Shown here: positions 57,954-64,000 of the stretch, piece by piece
Numbering within the stretch: the stretch's first letter is position 1
Layout: the number at the start of each line of letters is the position of its first letter
From: a virus
IMG/VR virus record: IMGVR_UViG_3300017963_000003
Location: 1-64,000 of that record
Reading direction: 5' to 3' (one strand)
DNA: 64,000 nucleotides
Notes under the pieces: model-generated
The model's database searches: none
What the model was told of the DNA's origin: nothing
Seen by the model: the letters and a program-made list of their open reading frames with translations, nothing else
Position numbers and translations under genes: made by a program

Positions 57954-58274
57954 TCAACCCTCCCGAGAACCGGCCTTAGCCATCAGCTTGGCCTTGCTGG
58001 CAAACGTACGAGTAAGAGCCTTGTAGATCAGGCTCGAACACGTACCGAGCGCACCACCGATGAGCAGCTTGTCCGCGAAGGACTCCGGAGGAAGCAGTAA
58101 TCCCCCAACCATGCCCAAGAGAATCGGGATGAACGGAAGGATGCGCATCCCGACATGATGCTTGGTGAAAAACTTCTTGAAGCCCTGCTTGAACGCCTGC
58201 ACGACTCCAGCCACTACCACAGCGAGACCCACGTAAGGGCCATACTCGGTCAGAATGACGATGAACTCTTCCAC
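57954..58274 (-). CDS. Holin-like membrane protein
   Basis: 106 aa with 2-3 hydrophobic segments and a basic C-terminal tail. Confidence 0.6.
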   Translation of the reverse strand: MEEFIVILTEYGPYVGLAVVVAGVVQAFKQGFKKFFTKHHVGMRILPFIPILLGMVGGLLLPPESFADKLLIGGALGTCSSLIYKALTRTFASKAKLMAKAGSREG

Positions 58275-58283
58275 GATGTCCTC

Positions 58284-58754
58284 CTAGCCCGACTCGGAGA
58301 CGGTCTCCGACACGAAGACAACCTTGCACCGGAGGGGGGCTCCGCCGCCACAGTTGTTGTAGATGTGCAACGCACGCGCCCGGTTACCGTCCTCCCGAAC
58401 ACGCCAACCATCCCGGACTCGGTCAGCCGGGAAGATCTCCAGGTTGGTAGAACCCTGAAAAACAGTCAGCGGAAACGTAATAGTGTTCGCCGGAAGAGTA
58501 ACCGTCGACCCCTGCTGAATACCCGTCTCGTAGTTCGGGACAGCGTAAGCCTTGGCTGGTTGACCGTAGCCGCCGCCGTAGAAGGTCTTGACGATGACGT
58601 TACCCGCACCAGCCGGAGTCTTCGGACCGTCGTAGAGCGGAATGATGTCGATGGTCAGGTTCTTGATCGGCTCGCTGACAGGGGCATCCGTCACCCTGAT
58701 CTCCTGACCATCAGGGAGATCGATCTCGATCTCTCGCTGCCTGTATCTTCCCAT
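58284..58754 (-). CDS. Hypothetical beta-rich protein
   Basis: 156 aa; GAGGTG SD; first gene after the putative late promoter. Confidence 0.7.
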   Translation of the reverse strand: MGRYRQREIEIDLPDGQEIRVTDAPVSEPIKNLTIDIIPLYDGPKTPAGAGNVIVKTFYGGGYGQPAKAYAVPNYETGIQQGSTVTLPANTITFPLTVFQGSTNLEIFPADRVRDGWRVREDGNRARALHIYNNCGGGAPLRCKVVFVSETVSESG

Positions 58755-58793
58755 GATTCACCTCTTTAGACGTACGTGTCCTGGTGACTATAT

Positions 58794-58825
58794 ACGATAG
58801 CATAGTCGAATGTGGGGATTCTAAA
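58794..58825 (-). promoter_or_regulatory. Putative late promoter, TTTAGAATCCC-N15-TATCGT (TATAGT also present at N22)
   Basis: Intergenic; third exact copy of the 11-mer at 58815-58825. Confidence 0.7.
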
Positions 58826-58854
58826 ATTGAAGAGGAAGTTCTCAGAAGGAGGAG

Positions 58855-59700
58855 CTAGAAGCGCGCACCCAACTCACGCTCTGCCCACTTCTTCACCGAC
58901 GGGTAGAAACCGTGTCCGAGCAAGTACTCCAGATCTCCCCGCGTGAGCTGCTGCCCCTCGTCGAGATCCCGCAACTCGTCCAACATCGGCCCGGCCTTCA
59001 TCCGGTCCTTCTCCTCGACGTCGTCCCCCACGCTGTTGCAGATGCCCACTACACGCGCCGTGACCTTGTCCTGGGGGTCCATGGGCTCCGCCTCACGCTC
59101 CTCGGCCATCTGCTCGATGGTCTTGCGCGGCTCCGGAGAGGGCTTCGTGAAAGTGCGTCGGTTCTGGAGGTCAGACTGCTCCTGGTGAGCCATGTCGATG
59201 GCCTCCTCAGCCGAGATACCGTACTGAGCACCGAGCTTCTCGTAGTACTCCAAGTACTCCCCCTCGTCCATGAGGACGAGTACCGGCGGACGGCGGTTGA
59301 CCATCTTGCGCAGGTCCGTGGACGCCTTGATGGCGTGGAACGGAACGAGCTGCGTCAAGTTGATCGGCTTCTTCCCCTTCGGGATGAGGATCGACTCGGT
59401 GCGACCCACGATAAGCTCGAACTGGAGCGACACCTGAGTGTTACTGCGGTTCTGCACGTAGACGTCGCGCTCCTCACGGAAGTACTCCGTGAAGTTGGTG
59501 ATGATCGGAACCCTGTTACCTTGACCGTTCATGACAACCTCCCTGGGATCTCTCGCCAGTTTGATGATGAAAGGCTCTCGCTTCACCACGACAGCCTTCC
59601 CCTTCTTGACCAGTTTTCTCGCCCTGGCGGGATGGGTGTACGACAGGACGGACCCGGACGTGTCCAAAACCGGGACCCGCGAACCTGTCGTACGTACCAT
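58855..59700 (-). CDS. Capsid-cluster protein with N-terminal IscB-type PLMP domain
   Basis: RVPVLDTSGSVLSYTHPARARKLVKKGKAVVVKREPFIIKL matches the PLMP consensus VFVLD..GKPLMP.HPARARKLLK.GKA.V....PFTI.L; internal GGGAGG + ATG at 59532. Confidence 0.8.
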   Translation of the reverse strand: MVRTTGSRVPVLDTSGSVLSYTHPARARKLVKKGKAVVVKREPFIIKLARDPREVVMNGQGNRVPIITNFTEYFREERDVYVQNRSNTQVSLQFELIVGRTESILIPKGKKPINLTQLVPFHAIKASTDLRKMVNRRPPVLVLMDEGEYLEYYEKLGAQYGISAEEAIDMAHQEQSDLQNRRTFTKPSPEPRKTIEQMAEEREAEPMDPQDKVTARVVGICNSVGDDVEEKDRMKAGPMLDELRDLDEGQQLTRGDLEYLLGHGFYPSVKKWAERELGARF

Positions 59701-59814
59701 CAGTGACCTTCAGGTGTGCCAGGGTGTTACCCTACCTCCCGCCGAAGCGGGGTTCATCGGATTAGGCGGCGGCGCGCGATGCGCCGCCGCCTGCACCTGC
59801 TTCCACGTCACGCG
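59701..59814 (-). other. Hairpin-dense intergenic element between the capsid gene and the PLMP gene
   Basis: 12-bp perfect stem at 59764-59792, a CCCGC-UUCG-GCGGG tetraloop hairpin at about 59738-59751, and AGGGT-AAC-ACCCT at 59721-59733; no U-tract. Confidence 0.55.
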
Positions 59815-61077
59815 CTACTTCTGGCCCTTGGCGCAGGAGCGAGCGTTGGCAATCGCGAACCCGACCATCTCGATGAAGGCCCAGCCCTTGACCGTCTCCT
59901 GGTGGCTGTACTTGTTGTACGGCTCGGAGAACAGCTCGATCCTGACACCCATCTCGCCCATGTAATCCGCGCCCGTCGTGGCATAGAAGCTTCCGGGCTC
60001 GATCACCTCTTCAACCCCCGTGCCTGCGGCGGTCAGAATCTGGGCGTTCAGGACGTTGCCGATGTAGCCCGCGAGGATCAACTCGCGCTCCGTCACCGGG
60101 TCCACGCTGGTCGACATGGTCTTGACGATGTCGCTCAGCTCGGACCGCGAGATCAGGAAGTTCTCGACCATCAGACGATGGCGCTCGACCTGGAACCGGA
60201 CGTCCTCGAAGGCGCCGATGCCCAACGTCGCGAACGTGGTCACGGCGTTGTCGGTCTGCGCGGCCTCGTCGATGAGGCTGATCGCAGCCTTGTCCTCCTG
60301 AAGCTCGATCTCCTGACGCGCGGTGTCCTGCGCCCGGTCGAGGACATCGAAGTTCATCTGGTAGATGTCCATGATGTCGATGGCCGGGAAGCTCGTCACC
60401 TTCCACTCGGGCGGGGTGATCCACTTCGTCTTGATGCGGCTCTCGGGGGACTGACCGTCCTGGCCGATGACCCACGCCGTCGAACGGATGTCCAGCGGGA
60501 TACGGAACAGCTCGGCCTGGGCCAGCTTCCGAACCCGGTAGATCTTCCGCGCGAAGCCCTCGTAGTCGAGGATCGCCTTGATCGGGAGCGCCAGCTCCTG
60601 ACCGACGATGTGGAAGCCCTGTCCGGTCGGGTCGGTGAGCGCGGCGGCGAGAATGTCGCGCCGAGCTTCCTTGCTGATCGAGGTCTCCGTGTCGGGACGG
60701 TAGAAGGAGAGCGCCTGAGCGTTCTTCTTCGTGACCTCGTTCATCAGCTGATGGATCTGCGTCATCGCCTCGCGCTTGTCGTGCGCGTTGATCTCACCCC
60801 TGCCGTCGAACATGCGACGGTCGGTGCTGCTGGCGGTGGCGCGACGGCTCGACGGAAGGTCGTACCGCTGCGGGTTGAACGTGCCGTTGCCCTCGAAGAG
60901 GCCCTCGTCGCGCTTGTTGGCGAAGCGGCCCGGACGTACGGCCATGCGGTCACGCGGCTGCTCGGAAGCCTCGCGACGGGGAGCGCGCTGTCGCCGGGTC
61001 TGGTCGCCATTCCTCTGCGCGGACCGCGAGGGGCCGGGGCGACGATTCTTGCTGATGCTCTTGAACGGATTGGACAT
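59815..61077 (-). CDS. Major capsid protein (HK97-like fold) with Arg-rich N-terminal extension
   Basis: GQELALPIKAILDYEGFARKI, VTSFPAIDI, DVLDRAQD.ARQEI..QED, AGYIGNVLNAQI; AGGAGG SD. Confidence 0.88.
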   Translation of the reverse strand: MSNPFKSISKNRRPGPSRSAQRNGDQTRRQRAPRREASEQPRDRMAVRPGRFANKRDEGLFEGNGTFNPQRYDLPSSRRATASSTDRRMFDGRGEINAHDKREAMTQIHQLMNEVTKKNAQALSFYRPDTETSISKEARRDILAAALTDPTGQGFHIVGQELALPIKAILDYEGFARKIYRVRKLAQAELFRIPLDIRSTAWVIGQDGQSPESRIKTKWITPPEWKVTSFPAIDIMDIYQMNFDVLDRAQDTARQEIELQEDKAAISLIDEAAQTDNAVTTFATLGIGAFEDVRFQVERHRLMVENFLISRSELSDIVKTMSTSVDPVTERELILAGYIGNVLNAQILTAAGTGVEEVIEPGSFYATTGADYMGEMGVRIELFSEPYNKYSHQETVKGWAFIEMVGFAIANARSCAKGQK

Positions 61078-61091
61078 CGTCAGCCTCCTTC

Positions 61092-61871
61092 CTAGCTGGT
61101 GGGTCCGCCGGCATACTGGACGCCGAGGAACGGGTCATCGGGGGTCGGGACCTGGTAGACGCGGCCGATGTACGGACCGGCGCCACCCTTCGTCACGAGA
61201 CCCTCCATGTTGGCAGCCGAAGTGCCAGCGGTGAGGGCATCGTTGACCGCGAAGGTCTGGGCGACATCGTACTGGGTCGTAAAGATCAGTGACCAGTCGT
61301 TGATCACGGTGATCTTCCGATCCTGAATGTCAACGTCATTCAGGAAGTTCCAGAAGTTGCGGCCCTCGAACTTCAGCTCCTGCTCGGTCACCGTGTACTG
61401 GTAGTCCACGCCGACGATCTCGCCGTCAGCGATGGTACCGCCAGCCACGCGGGTGATCTGACCGTTGGTGTAGTTCGCCGTGTAGTCGCTACCGGCGCCC
61501 TCGGTGTAGACCGTACCCGTGGTCAGGTTGTAGACCCGAACACCGCCCGTCGCGCCCGGAACCCACAGGTTCGAATGCGCGAGATTGGTGGCGGCTACGC
61601 CAACGAGCTGGATCTGCTCGCCAACGACAGACGCGTAGAGCGTGTTCGCCTTCGTGTACTTCGCGAAGCCGAAGGGATTCGTCGCGCCGCCGTTACCACA
61701 GATCTCGATCTCCTGGCTGCTGTTCAACTGAACGAGCATCCCGGCCCGGAACGTGGAAGAAGCGGAAGCGACGAAATGCCCCAGGTTCCGCGTGTACTGG
61801 GAGCGCATCAGGTCGATACCGATTGCTCGGCTCGATACCCGAAACGCCTCCATGCGCGGTGAGAAAGACAT
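61092..61871 (-). CDS. Probable capsid decoration / cement protein with inserted Ig-like domain
   Basis: Directly upstream of the MCP; FRAGMLVQL...PFGFA, KITV...IFTTQYD, IGRVYQVPT..DPFLGV; insert VYTEG..DYTANYTNGQITRVAGGTIADGEIVGVDYQY. Confidence 0.65.
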   Translation of the reverse strand: MSFSPRMEAFRVSSRAIGIDLMRSQYTRNLGHFVASASSTFRAGMLVQLNSSQEIEICGNGGATNPFGFAKYTKANTLYASVVGEQIQLVGVAATNLAHSNLWVPGATGGVRVYNLTTGTVYTEGAGSDYTANYTNGQITRVAGGTIADGEIVGVDYQYTVTEQELKFEGRNFWNFLNDVDIQDRKITVINDWSLIFTTQYDVAQTFAVNDALTAGTSAANMEGLVTKGGAGPYIGRVYQVPTPDDPFLGVQYAGGPTS

Positions 61872-61903
61872 TCGTTTGCTCCTCTGCTTTGCCTACTTCG
61901 AAG

Positions 61904-63871
61904 CTACTGGCCCTGGACCCCGCCGAGACGTCCGAGTCTACGTCCCAGAAGAGTGCTTCCACCAATAGCGCTACGAAGATCAGCGACACCTGAAGATTGC
62001 GGAGGGCTGGATGCAGGAGCCCCATCGACCTCGAAATTGCCCTCGGCGGCTTCCCTACGAACCAGAGAAGCGCGACGAGAGGTACGTCGCATATCAGTCG
62101 CCTCGGCAGATCCCCTCACAGCAACCGGAGCGAGGTTCCTGAGGTCCTCCTCCGCGTCCTTGAGGTACGAGGCGTCCTTGGCCATCAGGTCGGCGGCTTT
62201 CTCCAAGAGAGCCTCCACGAACCTGTCATGACCTTCTGCGGTAATCAGCTCCGTCAGATCGACGGCGGCGGAAACGTCCATACCCGAATAGACGTCACCG
62301 TTGGCGAACTCGATGTCACCGGACTCCGCCGACAGGACGTCGACGGCGGCAACCTTGATCGGGTGCTCCTCATGGTTGAGGCGCATCCGCGACGACGCCA
62401 CCCGGACCGCACGAGCGAACTTCCGGACGAAGTCCTCCTTGGCCTCAGCGACAGCCTTCTTCGTCCGCTCGTCGTAGAGCTTCTTGAAGTTGGCGTGCGC
62501 CGAACGAATCACGTCATCTCCGCCCGAGAGAACATCACCTTCGGAACCGTTGTGCTGCTCCTGGGCGTTGGTGTCGGCGTCGGAAGTGGAGTCCATGGAC
62601 GGCTTGGAGGGCTTCTTCTCCTCGATGACGTTCTCGGCTTCGTCGAGGATGTCCTTGGTCTCGCCCTCAGCCTTCTTGCGAGCTTCGAAAGTAAGGCGCG
62701 CTCGCCGCAGGACAGCCCTGCGCTCACCGCTCAGGGTGCGCGGGGTCACCTTGTCGGGCTTCTCCCTGGTATCAACCTCGCCACCGGGAAGCGCCGAGTC
62801 CGGATCGGAGTCGTCGTACTCCTGACGGTTGACGTCCTCGGCGTCCGCGAGGATGCCCTGATTCTTCGGCTCGACTTCCTCGGCGCTGTTCAGCTCGATG
62901 TCATCGTCGACACCGGCAGCCCGCAGCATCTTCGCGTTACAGAACTCAGCGGCCTTGCTAAACCCCTGGTAAACAGCGAGCCCGTACACACGGTTGGCCA
63001 AACGCCGAAGAGCTTCGGGGTCGTTGCGATACTTGTCAGCAGGAACTGCGTGGAAGATCGCGCCATGATCCTCGTGATGCGCGACCAGCGTACGGCTTCG
63101 GGTGATGGCGATCTTGATCTTCTTCGCCCTGGCAGGCATCGTAGTGTCCTCGTGAGCCATCGAACCCTCCCCGGCATCCGAGATGCCCATCTCCTCCGCT
63201 GAAGGAGAAGTGCCGGCTTCCTCTGCGCGCTCCTGAAGCTCCTGGATGTCTCCGTGCTCCTGCTCCTGCGCACGCCGCAACGTGGCCTCGCGCTCCTTGG
63301 AGAGGTCCGGCTTGTCGTCCTTCTTTTCCTCGGGCTTGTCGTCCTTCTTTTCCTCGGGCTTGTCGTCCTTCTTGGGAGGCTTCTCCTCGCCGGACTCGTC
63401 CTTCTTGGGAGGCTTCTCCTCGTCGGGCTTTCCACCCATCGAGGGCACCGGCTTGTCGTCGAGCTTGACCTCGATGGGATCGCCGCCACCCATCTCCTTG
63501 ACCTTCTCCGTGATCGGAGACGAGGGACCATCGGTAGCCTTCTCCTTGACGTCCGCCAGCTCGTCTTCCAGAATCTCGGCCTCCTCAGCCCTCTCGATCT
63601 CTTCCTTGATGATTCCCTCGGTCTTCAGGAAGTCGACGATCACGTTGTACGCCGCGTCGGCATCGGGAGCCTTCTCCAGCTCCATGAGAACCTTCTCGAA
63701 CCCCGGAGGGGCGGACATGGCCGTCCGGTTCAATACCGACTTACGAACGAGATCCATGGTCTCGGATTCGATGCGCTCCTGGTCTGATGCCGAGAGGTTG
63801 ATCGTGCCCTTGGCGTGAAGATCCGCCACGGTCTTGAAGAGCTTGAATCGTTCGGTAAACGGCATTGTCAT
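61904..63871 (-). CDS. Probable capsid scaffold / assembly protein
   Basis: 655 aa, highly charged and low-complexity (DDKPEEKK x2, KPPKKD x2), with helical C-terminus; canonical position upstream of the decoration and MCP genes. Confidence 0.6.
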   Translation of the reverse strand: MTMPFTERFKLFKTVADLHAKGTINLSASDQERIESETMDLVRKSVLNRTAMSAPPGFEKVLMELEKAPDADAAYNVIVDFLKTEGIIKEEIERAEEAEILEDELADVKEKATDGPSSPITEKVKEMGGGDPIEVKLDDKPVPSMGGKPDEEKPPKKDESGEEKPPKKDDKPEEKKDDKPEEKKDDKPDLSKEREATLRRAQEQEHGDIQELQERAEEAGTSPSAEEMGISDAGEGSMAHEDTTMPARAKKIKIAITRSRTLVAHHEDHGAIFHAVPADKYRNDPEALRRLANRVYGLAVYQGFSKAAEFCNAKMLRAAGVDDDIELNSAEEVEPKNQGILADAEDVNRQEYDDSDPDSALPGGEVDTREKPDKVTPRTLSGERRAVLRRARLTFEARKKAEGETKDILDEAENVIEEKKPSKPSMDSTSDADTNAQEQHNGSEGDVLSGGDDVIRSAHANFKKLYDERTKKAVAEAKEDFVRKFARAVRVASSRMRLNHEEHPIKVAAVDVLSAESGDIEFANGDVYSGMDVSAAVDLTELITAEGHDRFVEALLEKAADLMAKDASYLKDAEEDLRNLAPVAVRGSAEATDMRRTSRRASLVRREAAEGNFEVDGAPASSPPQSSGVADLRSAIGGSTLLGRRLGRLGGVQGQ

Positions 63872-63881
63872 CAGACCTCTC

Positions 63882-64000
63882 CTAACGTCCCGCCAAAGCT
63901 GAGTTAATCAGCCCAGCCAGGGACTCCGGGATCTTACTGGCGTTCTTCGCAACGTAGGTGGTGATCTCACGCACCTGATCTTCTGTCAAGGAATGAGCCT
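63882..64000 (-). CDS. 3' end of an upstream gene (partial)
   Basis: Open frame AHSLTEDQVREITTYVAKNASKIPESLAGLINSALAGR* ending just before the scaffold SD. Confidence 0.5.
   Translation of the reverse strand, partial: AHSLTEDQVREITTYVAKNASKIPESLAGLINSALAGR

Noticed and set aside
59738-59792. Intrinsic terminator after the capsid gene
   Set aside because: The stems are strong, but no U-tract follows on the coding strand.
58855-59814. Intact IscB / IS200-IS605 element
   Set aside because: No RuvC or HNH motifs, no RRXRR bridge helix, no tnpA, and the upstream gap is shorter than typical omega-RNAs.
328-63818. Many long plus-strand ORFs (e.g. 328-1428, 15361-16317, 24131-25345, 39915-41423, 59716-61095, 61997-63202)
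   Set aside because: They lie antisense to well-supported minus-strand genes, lack SDs and recognisable motifs, and are expected from GC-rich codon bias.
1-64000. Stop-codon recoding, tRNAs, DGR, integrase, anti-CRISPR or defence cassette
   Set aside because: Genes tile densely under the standard code and use all three stops. No cloverleaf, reverse transcriptase, recombinase or template/variable repeat pair was seen by eye; a tRNAscan/Infernal run would be the proper test.

Overview
64 kb slice of a large, GC-rich, contractile-tailed (myovirus-like) bacteriophage genome. Essentially all real genes are on the minus strand, so transcription runs from high to low coordinates. The long plus-strand ORFs are antisense shadows. 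The window holds two modules. (1) A structural module at 22.3-64 kb: scaffold-like protein, decoration-like protein, major capsid protein, neck proteins interleaved with holin/spanin-like genes, sheath, two tube paralogs, a tail chaperone with a -1 frameshift, three tandem tape-measure paralogs, hub, spike, baseplate wedge and a 1580-aa beta-helix tail fibre. (2) A replication/regulation module at 1-22.3 kb: wHTH-RHH regulator, two C2H2 zinc-finger proteins, a 5'-nuclease/UDG fusion, SNF2 helicase, NUDIX, DnaC/DnaB/DnaG, a sigma-like factor, beta-clamp, family A polymerase, DnaX and a gp32-like SSB that is missing from the ORF track because it runs off the window. The most unusual observations are the translationally coupled triplet of tape-measure paralogs, an IscB-type PLMP domain grafted onto a capsid-cluster gene behind a hairpin-dense leader, an exact 11-mer promoter-like element (TTTAGAATCCC) found three times ahead of structural genes, a possible SD-occluding pseudoknot before the tail fibre, a C2H2/histone-H1-like protein, and a possible Fe-S insertion in PolA. 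All functional calls come from motif recognition by eye; no database search was run. No CRISPR array, tRNA, integrase or intact transposon was seen, and the host cannot be determined from this window.
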